DNA of 38,608 nucleotides, taken from the NCBI GenBank assembly GCA_964596665.1, contig CAZQVD010000001.1, forward strand, positions 1 through 38,608, given 5' to 3'. Every line of letters starts with the position of its first letter. The stretch's first letter is position 1. Position numbers and translations under genes: made by a program. Below are positions 1 to 7,481 of this stretch, piece after piece. The notes below the pieces were generated by a model. It was given only the letters and a program-made list of their open reading frames with translations, was not told the origin of the DNA and searched no databases. This stretch comes from an uncultured Dehalococcoidia bacterium. Its GTDB lineage: Bacteria > Chloroflexota > Dehalococcoidia > Lucifugimonadales > Australimonadaceae.

Positions 1-345
1 GATTGCGACGTCGAAATCGAGGAAGCCGCCCTCGATGCGCTCCACCAGGTCGTCGGCGCCAACCGCCTCGGCGCCGGCTTGACTAGCGGCTCGTGCGCCA
101 TCGCCCTGGGCGAACACCGCCACGCGGACGGTCTTGCCGAGCCCGTGGGGCAGCATCGCGACACCGCGCAGTTGCTGGTCGGCATGGCGCGGGTCGGCGC
201 TGGTGCGGATGTGCAGCTCTACGGTCTCGTCGAACTTGGTGCTGGAGGCTTGCTTGACCAGCTCGACGGCCTCGGCAGGCTCGTACTTGCGATCGCTGTC
301 CACCATCTCTGCGACGGCCTGGAATCGTTTGCTGTGCTTGGCCAT
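1..345 (-). CDS. rplA: 50S ribosomal protein L1 (uL1), 3' end truncated by window edge
   Basis: Minus-strand ORF open to the window edge, so it is absent from the track. ATG at 343-345. Translation MAKHSKRFQAVAEMVDSDRKYEPAEAVELVKQASSTKFDETVELHIRTSADPRHADQQLRGVAMLPHGLGK... is typical uL1. It lies directly downstream of rplK, as in the conserved rplKA operon. Confidence 0.93.
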   Translation of the reverse strand, partial: MAKHSKRFQAVAEMVDSDRKYEPAEAVELVKQASSTKFDETVELHIRTSADPRHADQQLRGVAMLPHGLGKTVRVAVFAQGDGARAASQAGAEAVGADDLVERIEGGFLDFDVAI

Positions 346-350
346 TTCCT

Positions 351-776
351 CTAGCCCTCGACGTCGACGCCCATGCTGCGCGCCGTGCCCTCAATGATTT
401 TCATGGCCGCTTCCACTGAGGCGGCGTTCAGGTCCTTCTGCTTCGTCTCGGCAATCTCGCGCAGCGCCGCGCGCTCGATGGTGCCGACCTTCTCGTGGTA
501 GGCGCGGCCACTGCCCTTCTCGACGCCGATCGCCTTGCGAATCAACTCGGGGGCCGGGGGTGTCTTGGTCACGAAGGTGAAGGAGGTGTCTTCGAAGACC
601 GTGATCTCAGCTGGGATGATCGTTCCCGCTTGATTCGCAGTCCGCGCGTTGTATTCCTTCACGAACTGCATGATGTTGACGCCATGCTGACCGAGGGCGG
701 GACCCACTGGCGGGGCGGGAGTGGCCGACCCTGCGGGAAGCTGTAATCTGAGTATCGCTCGGACTCTCTTCGCCAA
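351..776 (-). CDS. rplK: 50S ribosomal protein L11 (uL11)
   Basis: 141-aa track ORF with the L11 hallmark [36 protein letters not shown] start at 774-776, preceded by GGTAGGAGAG. Confidence 0.97.
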   Translation of the reverse strand: MAKRVRAILRLQLPAGSATPAPPVGPALGQHGVNIMQFVKEYNARTANQAGTIIPAEITVFEDTSFTFVTKTPPAPELIRKAIGVEKGSGRAYHEKVGTIERAALREIAETKQKDLNAASVEAAMKIIEGTARSMGVDVEG

Positions 777-793
777 CGAACTCTCCTACCGTG

Positions 794-1360
794 CTAGGCC
801 TTTTCGACCTGCAGGAAATCCAACTCGACCGGCGTTTCGCGCCCGAAGAACGAGACCAGCACGCGAACCTTGCCCTTGTCCTGATCGACGGAATCCACCG
901 CGCCCATGAACTCGGCGAACGGCCCGCTGCTGATGCGTACGATTTGCCCGGCGGCCAGCCCCACGCGCACCCGGGGCGTCGGGGCGACCATGCGGTTCAT
1001 GATCTGCTCGACCTCGCGAGGCTCCAGCGGCACGGGCTTCGGGCGCCGCTCGCGCTCATCCTCGGCGGACACGAACCCGGTGACCCCGGGTGTGTTCCGT
1101 ACCACGTACCAGCTCTGGTCGTCCATGGTCATCTGGACCATGATGTAGCCGGGGAAGATCTTGCGCTGGACAGACTTGCGCTTGCCTTCCTTAATCTCGA
1201 TCTCTTCTTCGGTGGGAACCACGACATGGTAGATCTTGTCCTTCACGTCCATGGACTCGATCCGCATCTCAAGGTTCTTCTTGACACGCTCTTCCTGGCC
1301 GGAATAGGTGTGGACGATGAACCAGAAGCCTCGCTCGTCTGTGGTGATCTGCTCGGTCAT
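794..1360 (-). CDS. nusG: Transcription termination/antitermination factor NusG
   Basis: 188 aa. NGN domain (WFIVHTYSGQEERVKKNL) plus C-terminal KOW (VRISSGPFAEFMGAVDSVD). Sits in the conserved secE-nusG-rplK order. Confidence 0.96.
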   Translation of the reverse strand: MTEQITTDERGFWFIVHTYSGQEERVKKNLEMRIESMDVKDKIYHVVVPTEEEIEIKEGKRKSVQRKIFPGYIMVQMTMDDQSWYVVRNTPGVTGFVSAEDERERRPKPVPLEPREVEQIMNRMVAPTPRVRVGLAAGQIVRISSGPFAEFMGAVDSVDQDKGKVRVLVSFFGRETPVELDFLQVEKA

Positions 1361-1430
1361 CGATACCTCATTGATCTACAGTGGAAGGGGCCCTCGCCCG
1401 GGGCTCAGTGAGCCACGGGACGGCGCCACC

Positions 1431-1673
1431 CTAGAGGAACAATCCTTCGACGATCTGCTGGAACGCGAAGTCCCAAAGACCCAGGAACACGCCCATCACC
1501 GCGGCAACGATGATGACGAGCCCCGCCAGCCTGGCCGCGTCCTGGCGGTCGGGCCAGGTGACTCTGGTGAGCTCGCTGTAAATCTCGCCGAAGAACTGCA
1601 GCCGGCCCCGCCGCCGCGTCTGGCCGTCTTCCATCATCGAGCGAAGCTGGTTGCCTCCTCGAGCGGCCGCCAT
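1431..1673 (-). CDS. secE: Preprotein translocase subunit SecE
   Basis: 80 aa. Motif FFGEIYSELTRVTWP followed by a single TM helix (LAGLVIIVAAVMGVFLGLW). Canonical position upstream of nusG. Confidence 0.92.
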   Translation of the reverse strand: MAAARGGNQLRSMMEDGQTRRRGRLQFFGEIYSELTRVTWPDRQDAARLAGLVIIVAAVMGVFLGLWDFAFQQIVEGLFL

Positions 1674-1675
1674 GA

Positions 1676-1846
1676 CTAGCGGACCTCACGGTGGAGGGTA
1701 TGATGCCGACAACGCGGGCAGAACTTGTTGAGCTCCATCCGGTTCGGGTCGTTGCGCCGATTCTTCTCCGAGTGGTAGGTCCGCTCACGGCATTCGGCGC
1801 AAGCAAGGTTGATCAGGACGCGGACATCACCGCGTTTCTTTGCCAC
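1676..1846 (-). CDS. rpmG: 50S ribosomal protein L33 (bL33), zinc-ribbon type
   Basis: Not in the track because it is 56 aa. My translation of the reverse complement is [59 protein letters not shown] start at 1844-1846 preceded by GGGAGA; TAG stop at 1676-1678. CxxC...CxxC motif. Sits between tuf and secE. Confidence 0.9.
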   Translation of the reverse strand: MAKKRGDVRVLINLACAECRERTYHSEKNRRNDPNRMELNKFCPRCRHHTLHREVR

Positions 1847-1855
1847 GATGTCTCC

Positions 1856-3052
1856 CTACTCAACGCCGGTGATGACCCCGGCTCCCACGGTCCGGCCACC
1901 CTCGCGTATGGCGAAGTGGAGGCCTACTTCCATGGCCATGGGATTGATGAGCTTTATGTGCATCTTGATGTTGTCGCCCGGCATGACCATCTCGACGCCC
2001 TCGGGCAGCGCAATCTCGCCAGTGACATCGCTGGTTCGGATGAAGAATTGCGGCTTGTAGCCCGTGAAGAACGGTGTATGACGGCCTCCCTCATCCTTAC
2101 TGAGCACGTATACCTCGGCGTCCGCTTCCAGCAGCGGCTTGATCGACGTTGGCTTGGCCAGCACCTGGCCGCGCTCCACATCGTCGCGCTCGACGCCGCG
2201 TAGCAGTGTGCCGACGGCATCGCCCGGCTCGGCTTCATCGAGCAGCTTGTGGAACATCTCCACGCCGGTGACCACCGTCTTCCGAGTTTCCTTGATACCG
2301 ACGATTTCGATGTCGTCGCCGGGCTTGACGACGCCCCGTTCCACGCGGCCGGTCACGACGGTGCCGCGGCCCTTGATGGAGAAGACGTCCTCCACCGGCA
2401 TCAGGAAAGGCAGGTCGCGCGGGCGATCGGGCACCGGAATGAAGTCGTCGAGAGCGGTCATGAGGTCGAGGATGGCCTTGTTCTCGGGCGCGTCGGCGTC
2501 GCCCTCGGACTCAAGCGCCTGCAGCGCACTCACCCGGATAATCGGGGTGTCGTCGCCGGGGAAGTCGTATTTGGTGAGAAGCTCGCGAATCTCCATCTCG
2601 ACCAGCTCGAGCAGCTCCTCGTCGTCCATCATGTCGACCTTGTTGAGGGCGACGATCATCTTGGGAACTTCCACCTGGCGGGCGAGCAGGATGTGCTCAC
2701 GCGTCTGCGGCATGGGGCCGTCGGGCGCGCTCACTACGAGGATGGCGCCGTCCATTTGGGCGGCTCCCGTAATCATGTTCTTGATGTAGTCGGCGTGACC
2801 CGGACAGTCCACGTGGGCATAGTGCCGATTCGCGGTCTCGTATTCGACGTGGGCGATGTTGATCGTCACGCCCCGGGCTTTCTCCTCCGGTGCGCTGTCG
2901 ATGCTGTCAAAGGCCCGGAAAGAGCCTCCGGCCCCCGCCTTGGAGAGCACCTTGGTGATCGCCGCGGTCAGGGTGGTCTTCCCGTGGTCCACGTGACCGA
3001 TGGTACCCACGTTGAGATGCGGCTTGGATCGCTCGAACTTCTGCTTGGCCAT
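1856..3052 (-). CDS. tuf: Elongation factor Tu
   Basis: 398 aa with G-motifs [13 protein letters not shown] and NKVD. Full-length EF-Tu-like sequence. Confidence 0.99.
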   Translation of the reverse strand: MAKQKFERSKPHLNVGTIGHVDHGKTTLTAAITKVLSKAGAGGSFRAFDSIDSAPEEKARGVTINIAHVEYETANRHYAHVDCPGHADYIKNMITGAAQMDGAILVVSAPDGPMPQTREHILLARQVEVPKMIVALNKVDMMDDEELLELVEMEIRELLTKYDFPGDDTPIIRVSALQALESEGDADAPENKAILDLMTALDDFIPVPDRPRDLPFLMPVEDVFSIKGRGTVVTGRVERGVVKPGDDIEIVGIKETRKTVVTGVEMFHKLLDEAEPGDAVGTLLRGVERDDVERGQVLAKPTSIKPLLEADAEVYVLSKDEGGRHTPFFTGYKPQFFIRTSDVTGEIALPEGVEMVMPGDNIKMHIKLINPMAMEVGLHFAIREGGRTVGAGVITGVE

Positions 3053-3165
3053 TGAACTACGTCCTCCGAGTGGTCAGTTCACCTGTGCGGTGATTCCCGT
3101 GTGTGCTTTGCTTCAGCAATATGGGCCTGGCTCAAGGCCAGGTCTTACGTTCGATGTGGTCCGAG

Positions 3166-3241
3166 TGGAGCCCACAATCGGATTTGAACCGATGACCTCG
3201 TTCTTACCAAGAACGTGCTCTACCTACTGAGCTATGTGGGC
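3166..3241 (-). tRNA. tRNA-Thr (anticodon GGU), CCA encoded
   Basis: Reverse complement is GCCCACATAGCTCAGTAGGTAGAGCACGTTCTTGGTAAGAACGAGGTCATCGGTTCAAATCCGATTGTGGGCTCCA. Hand-folded cloverleaf: 7-bp acceptor, anticodon loop TTGGTAA, T-loop TTCAAAT. Confidence 0.93.
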
Positions 3242-3277
3242 TTAGCGCCGCTTGGCCGAGGATGCTTCCTTATCCAG

Positions 3278-3364
3278 TGGTGGAGGGAGCAGGATTCGAA
3301 CCTGCGTAGCCCGTCGGGCGTCAGATTTACAGTCTGATGGATTTAGCCGCTCTCCCATCCCTCC
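3278..3364 (-). tRNA. tRNA-Tyr (anticodon GUA), long variable arm, CCA encoded
   Basis: Reverse complement is GGAGGGATGGGAGAGCGGCTAAATCCATCAGACTGTAAATCTGACGCCCGACGGGCTACGCAGGTTCGAATCCTGCTCCCTCCACCA. Anticodon loop CTGTAAA; class II variable arm; T-loop TTCGAAT. Confidence 0.92.
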
Positions 3365-3429
3365 GAGTGACCGCAGGCCAGTTTAGCATACGAGAGGCGC
3401 GCTTCGAGCACCTCACGGCCGCCTTGGCG

Positions 3430-3504
3430 TGGAGCCCGAGGCGGGAATTGAACCCACAACCTGCCGATTACAAATCGGCTGCGCTGCCGTTGCGCCACCC
3501 GGGC
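3430..3504 (-). tRNA. tRNA-Thr (anticodon UGU), CCA encoded
   Basis: Reverse complement is GCCCGGGTGGCGCAACGGCAGCGCAGCCGATTTGTAATCGGCAGGTTGTGGGTTCAATTCCCGCCTCGGGCTCCA. Anticodon stem GCCGA/TCGGC with loop TTTGTAA. The order Thr(UGU)-Tyr-Thr(GGU)-tuf recalls E. coli thrU-tyrU-glyT-thrT-tufB, but without the Gly tRNA. Confidence 0.9.
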
Positions 3505-3526
3505 AAACACGGCATGTCGCGTAACC

Positions 3527-3553
3527 AAAAAAGGACGGCCCTATGGCCGGTCC
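3527..3553 (-). terminator. Terminator-like hairpin plus U6 in the tRNA operon leader
   Basis: Minus strand reads GGAC-c-GGCC AUAG GGCC-GUCC followed by UUUUUU. That is an 8-bp GC stem with one bulge and a tetraloop. It lies between the predicted promoter and tRNA-Thr(UGU). Confidence 0.55.
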
Positions 3554-3561
3554 AGCGGCTA

Positions 3562-3591
3562 ATTATAGGAGTCCCTCCCTAATCGAGTCAA
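3562..3591 (-). promoter_or_regulatory. Sigma70-type promoter of the tRNA-tuf cluster
   Basis: Minus strand reads TTGACT (3586-3591), an 18-nt spacer, then TATAAT (3562-3567). A near-consensus match like this is unlikely by chance in GC-rich DNA. Confidence 0.6.
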
Positions 3592-3664
3592 CCCGTGGCC
3601 AGCCTTTGGTCCGACGCGTGCTGGGACCTGTGGCGGCCGACCGCATCTAGATCTCTATATTTGT

Positions 3665-3709
3665 ATGAAAGCTGGCTTTTCAGACTGTTCCCAGAAAGCC
3701 AGCTTTCAT
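3665..3709. repeat. Perfect 15-bp inverted repeat with 15-nt spacer
   Basis: ATGAAAGCTGGCTTT (3665-3679) and AAAGCCAGCTTTCAT (3695-3709) are exact reverse complements. They sit in an AT-rich divergent intergenic region. Confidence 0.8.
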
Positions 3710-3795
3710 GTATGATTTAGTGCAATGTAACAACCGTCTTTTCGCGGTAGGGACCACGTCGCTGGACCTGCTGCGCCGAATCGGATAGGTGGAAA

Positions 3796-4050
3796 ATGCG
3801 ACCAGGCGTTATCTTCGTTGGGCTTTTCGCGCTGCTAATCGCGGTGTACGCATTTCTGGCAAGCACGCTCGGCAGCGTCCTGACGTTCCTTCTGCAAGCC
3901 GCGATCGTCCTCGTGCTGCTGGCCGCCGCGGTATGGTTCCGCAGGCTCCGCACCGCCCAGGTTCGGCATGCGGAGGAGCGCGAGCCCGAGGCGGCACTCA
4001 CCGCCCAAGCGGATACCGAAACCGCCGACCGGATGCAGAAGACCAGCTAG
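3796..4050 (+). CDS. Small membrane protein, two predicted TM helices, unknown function
   Basis: 84 aa. AGGTGGA precedes the ATG. Two hydrophobic segments (VIFVGLFALLIAVYAFLA and VLTFLLQAAIVLVLLAAAVWF) are followed by a charged tail. I recognise no family. Confidence 0.55.
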   Translation: MRPGVIFVGLFALLIAVYAFLASTLGSVLTFLLQAAIVLVLLAAAVWFRRLRTAQVRHAEEREPEAALTAQADTETADRMQKTS

Positions 4051-5528
4051 AAGTCGACCTCCAGCGACGCGACGTCTCCCGTGTCGAGATCCACGGTGCG
4101 GATTACGTGATTGTTCGTGTCCGCGACATAGAGCACGCGCTCCGACACGCTGAGGCCCCCCGGCTCGAAGAAACAAGCCTCGCGCGTCGTCCCGTCCACC
4201 AGGCCCGCTTCCCCCGAACCCGCGACCGTCACGACCCGCCCGGTTTCAATCCCAATGGACCTTATCTTGTGGTTATAGGTGTCCGCGACGTAGATGGTTC
4301 CACCATCTACGTCGACGCCCAGCGGGTGTTGGAGGCGTGCGGTCGGTCCGTCGCCGTCGGCATCGCCAAAGTCGAAGAGCCCCGAGCCCACCAGCGTCCT
4401 CACCTCGTGCATCGTGGTTGTATCCGCGAAGCGGACCGAGCTCGTCTCGCTGTCGGCGAAGTAGAGCACGCCCTCCTCGTCGGCGGCGATGCCGCTCGGT
4501 TGCGCGAGTGCCGCCTCCTCGGGTGGGCCGTCCACCATGCTCTCGGCTCCCGTCCCCACGGTTGCCTGCACCACGTTCGTGTCGAGGTTGAGTGTCCATA
4601 TCTGGTGGCTGCCGGCCATGGCGATGTGCAGGTCTCGCCGCACAAGGCTCAGGTCCCAAGGAGAGCGCAGGTCCACCTCCAGCGCCGCACCGCCCTCCAC
4701 GTACCCGATGCCCTGCTGACCTGTCCCGGCGATCGTCTCGACGGTTGCGGCTTCCAGATCCACAACACGGATCGCGTGATTCGCCGTGTCAGCAACGTAG
4801 AGGGTTTCCCCGAAGCGGGCCATGCCCTGAGGGTGGCTGAACTGCGCCCCCTCCAGCACGCCGTCGGAGAGCCCCTCTTCACCACTCCCAATCACTGTCT
4901 GCACGATGCCGTCCAGGTCGGCAACGATGATGCGGTGGTGGCCGGAGTCGGCGATGAACAGGCGCTCGTTCTCAGGGTCAGCGAGTACTTTGCCAGGGTA
5001 GCTCAGGAGGCTGGCGGGCGGTTGCTCCAGGACCAGCTTTGGTGGCGATGGGCGGAGGGTGCCGGCGGCCTTGAACTCGCCGATCATCTTGTCGATCAGC
5101 TCAGTGCCCTGATCGTAGGTCATCTCGCCCTCGATGCGGCCTATCACTTTGCCGGTGGGATCGACGAACATGAGCGTAGGCCACGCCCGCACGGCGTACG
5201 AGCGCCAGATGGCCATGGTCGCGTCGTTCACGACGGGGTGGCGGATGCCATAGCGCATGACGGCATGCCGGATGTTCTCGGTGGCCCGCTCCTGGTCGTA
5301 CTTGGCAGAGTGCACGCCCACCACCGCGAGGTCGTCCGGGTACCGGCGCTCCAGCTGGCGCAACGTGGGAATCACGTGCATGCAGTTGATGCAGCAGTAC
5401 GCCCAAAAGTCGAGCAGCAGCAGCTTGCCCTTGAAATCGGCGAGGCTGAGCGGCCCTGACGCGTTGACCCAATCGGCTCCAGCCGGGAATTCTGGAGCAT
5501 TCACCTTCCCGGGGTACCTTTCGGTCAC
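4047..5528 (-). CDS. Thioredoxin-fold (CxxC) domain fused to NHL-repeat beta-propeller (NHLRC2-like)
   Basis: 493 aa. The N-terminal redoxin domain carries LLLDFWAYCCINC (CINC redox motif). The C-terminal part has repeated YVADTxNHxIR NHL-type blades. GTG start preceded by GAGGTGG. Confidence 0.85.
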   Translation of the reverse strand: MTERYPGKVNAPEFPAGADWVNASGPLSLADFKGKLLLLDFWAYCCINCMHVIPTLRQLERRYPDDLAVVGVHSAKYDQERATENIRHAVMRYGIRHPVVNDATMAIWRSYAVRAWPTLMFVDPTGKVIGRIEGEMTYDQGTELIDKMIGEFKAAGTLRPSPPKLVLEQPPASLLSYPGKVLADPENERLFIADSGHHRIIVADLDGIVQTVIGSGEEGLSDGVLEGAQFSHPQGMARFGETLYVADTANHAIRVVDLEAATVETIAGTGQQGIGYVEGGAALEVDLRSPWDLSLVRRDLHIAMAGSHQIWTLNLDTNVVQATVGTGAESMVDGPPEEAALAQPSGIAADEEGVLYFADSETSSVRFADTTTMHEVRTLVGSGLFDFGDADGDGPTARLQHPLGVDVDGGTIYVADTYNHKIRSIGIETGRVVTVAGSGEAGLVDGTTREACFFEPGGLSVSERVLYVADTNNHVIRTVDLDTGDVASLEVDF

Positions 5529-5590
5529 GGACCACCTCGCTTGAGCGATTCTAGCAGCGACGGACCCTGCGTTGGACGGGCAGGTGGGAT

Positions 5591-5619
5591 TTGACAGGAG
5601 CGTGGTGGGATGGTTTACT
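5591..5619 (+). promoter_or_regulatory. Orphan sigma70-type promoter upstream of gatB
   Basis: TTGACA (5591-5596), a 17-nt spacer, then TTTACT (5614-5619). Confidence 0.45.
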
Positions 5620-5641
5620 GAGCGCGACTGGAGAGGTTCAG

Positions 5642-5675
5642 CAGTCTCGGTGCCGAAAGGCCCCGAGACTGTTTT
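5642..5675 (+). terminator. Intrinsic-terminator-like hairpin with no upstream ORF
   Basis: CAGUCUCGG (5642-5650) pairs with CCGAGACUG (5663-5671). An inner GCC/GGC helix closes a GAAA tetraloop. UUUU follows at 5672-5675. Confidence 0.5.
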
Positions 5676-5710
5676 GCATAATGGACCTATTGCTGCGACG
5701 CCCCGGCTCG

Positions 5711-5739
5711 TTTACCCCCGGAGAGTCACGCCCTATAAT
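5711..5739 (+). promoter_or_regulatory. gatB promoter giving a leaderless or near-leaderless mRNA
   Basis: TTTACC (5711-5716), a 17-nt spacer, then TATAAT (5734-5739). The ATG is at 5749 and there is no SD in between. Confidence 0.55.
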
Positions 5740-5748
5740 TCTCACTCT

Positions 5749-7227
5749 ATGACCGAGTATGAGCCCGTCATCGGCCTTGAGGTGCATGCCCAGCTGCAGA
5801 CCCGCAGCAAGATGTACTGCACCTGTCCCGCCGACTACCAGGACGCCCCTCCGAACAGCCACGTCTGTCCGGTATGCCTCGGCTTGCCCGGTACGCTGCC
5901 GGTGATCAACCGTGAGGCGATCCAGTCCATCATCATGACGGGCCTGGCCCTGCATTGCGATATCGCCGAGCACACCAAGTTCGACCGCAAGAACTACCCG
6001 TATCCGGACCTGATGAAGGGCTACCAGATTTCCCAATACGACCTGCCCATCTGCCTCGATGGCTATCTGGACGTGCAGGTCGACGGCACGTCGCGGCGCG
6101 TCGGCATCGAGCGCGTGCATATGGAGGAAGACGTAGCGAAGCTGTTCCACCGGACCGATGCGGCCACGGGCGAGGCCTACAGCCTGGTCGACGTCAACCG
6201 CTCGGGCGTGCCGCTCATGGAGATGGTCAGCCGCCCCGACATGCGCTCGGCCGAGGAGGCCCGGCAGTATCTGATGAGCTATCGCTCGATCCTCCAATAC
6301 CTGGGCGTTTCAACGGGCAGCATGGAAGAGGGCTCGTTCCGTTGCGATGCCAACGTGAGTGTGCGGCCCAATGGCACCTCCGCCTTCGGCACGAAGGTGG
6401 AGGTGAAGAACATGAACAGCTTCCGCGCCGTATTCCGGGCCATCGAATTCGAGATCGAACGTCAGTCCAAGGTGCTCGACGCCGGCGATCGCATCGTCAT
6501 GGAGACGCGAGGCTGGGTCGAGGAGCGGGGCGTCACCACCTCCCTACGGTCCAAGGAAGAGGCCAATGACTACCGCTATTTCCCGGAGCCCGACCTACCG
6601 CCGCTCAACGTCAAGCGGTCGTGGGTTGCGCAGATCGCGGAGATGCTGCCGGAGATGCCGGAGGAGCGCCGGGCGCGCTTCGCCAACGACTACGCCCTCT
6701 CGGCCTACAACGCCGCTCAGCTGACGGCATCGTTCAGGCTCGCCGACTACTTCGAGAGCGTGGTGAGCGCCCTAGGCAAAAGGGGCGCCGATACGCACGC
6801 GTCGGCGAAGTCGGCGGCGAACTGGATGCTGACCGACCTCACATCGCTGCTCAACGCGGCTGGTAGTGGCATCGAGGACTCGCCCGTGAGCGCTTCGGCG
6901 CTCGCTGGGCTCATCGCGCTCATCGACAAGGGCACCATCGGCACGCCGCAGGGCAAGCAGGCGATCCAGGCCATGTTCACGACCGGCAAGTCGGCCGAGG
7001 CCGTGGTCGAGGAGCTGGGCCTGGTGCAGATCACCGACAGCGGCGAGATCGGAGCTGCGGTCGCGCAGGCCATCGCGGACAACCCGCAGGCGGTCGACGA
7101 CTACATGAAGGGCAAGGAATCAGCCGCCAAGTTCCTGGTGGGCCAGGTGATGAAGGTCACCAGGGGCAAGGCGAACCCAGGCGTCGTAGGCGGACTCATC
7201 GTCGAACAGCTCGAAGCTATGAAGTAG
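5749..7227 (+). CDS. gatB: Asp-tRNA(Asn)/Glu-tRNA(Gln) amidotransferase subunit B
   Basis: The track ORF opens at 5572, but the GatB homology starts at MTEYEPVIGLEVHAQLQTRSKMYC (ATG 5749). C-terminal YqeY-like tail. The upstream in-frame part contains a promoter and a hairpin, so I treat it as non-coding. Confidence 0.95.
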   Translation: MTEYEPVIGLEVHAQLQTRSKMYCTCPADYQDAPPNSHVCPVCLGLPGTLPVINREAIQSIIMTGLALHCDIAEHTKFDRKNYPYPDLMKGYQISQYDLPICLDGYLDVQVDGTSRRVGIERVHMEEDVAKLFHRTDAATGEAYSLVDVNRSGVPLMEMVSRPDMRSAEEARQYLMSYRSILQYLGVSTGSMEEGSFRCDANVSVRPNGTSAFGTKVEVKNMNSFRAVFRAIEFEIERQSKVLDAGDRIVMETRGWVEERGVTTSLRSKEEANDYRYFPEPDLPPLNVKRSWVAQIAEMLPEMPEERRARFANDYALSAYNAAQLTASFRLADYFESVVSALGKRGADTHASAKSAANWMLTDLTSLLNAAGSGIEDSPVSASALAGLIALIDKGTIGTPQGKQAIQAMFTTGKSAEAVVEELGLVQITDSGEIGAAVAQAIADNPQAVDDYMKGKESAAKFLVGQVMKVTRGKANPGVVGGLIVEQLEAMK

Positions 7228-7238
7228 AGGAGTACCAG

Positions 7239-7454
7239 TTGGACACCTATATCAGCCTGGCCGTGATCCTCATGGTCGTCCTCTTGGTCGCGAGCATCCT
7301 CATGCAGGTGAAGGGCGCGGGCGGCGGTCTGTTCGGCGGCGGAGCGGCCCAGTTCAGGACGCGGCGCGGCGTAGAGAAGACGCTGTTCCAGACCACCATC
7401 GGTCTCGCCGTGATGTTCGTGATTCTTGCGGTCCTGAACCTCACTATCTCGTAA
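7239..7454 (+). CDS. secG: Preprotein translocase subunit SecG
   Basis: 71 aa. Two TM helices flank a Gly-rich loop (KGAGGGLFGGGAAQF). TTG start 6 nt after GAGGAG. Confidence 0.85.
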   Translation: MDTYISLAVILMVVLLVASILMQVKGAGGGLFGGGAAQFRTRRGVEKTLFQTTIGLAVMFVILAVLNLTIS

Positions 7455-7481
7455 CACCACGACCCGTGCTCAGCGCGAAGC

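Noticed and set aside
3789-5459. 556-aa plus-strand ORF.
   Set aside because: It is entirely antisense to the well-supported Trx-NHL gene. Its Arg/Ala/Gly/Pro-rich composition resembles no protein. This is a typical shadow ORF of GC-rich DNA.
5572-5748. N-terminal extension of gatB suggested by the track ORF.
   Set aside because: GatB homology begins at MTEYEPVIGLE. The extension contains a TATAAT promoter and a strong hairpin, and it has no protein-like conservation that I recognise. I kept it as an alternative in the small RNA/attenuator finding.
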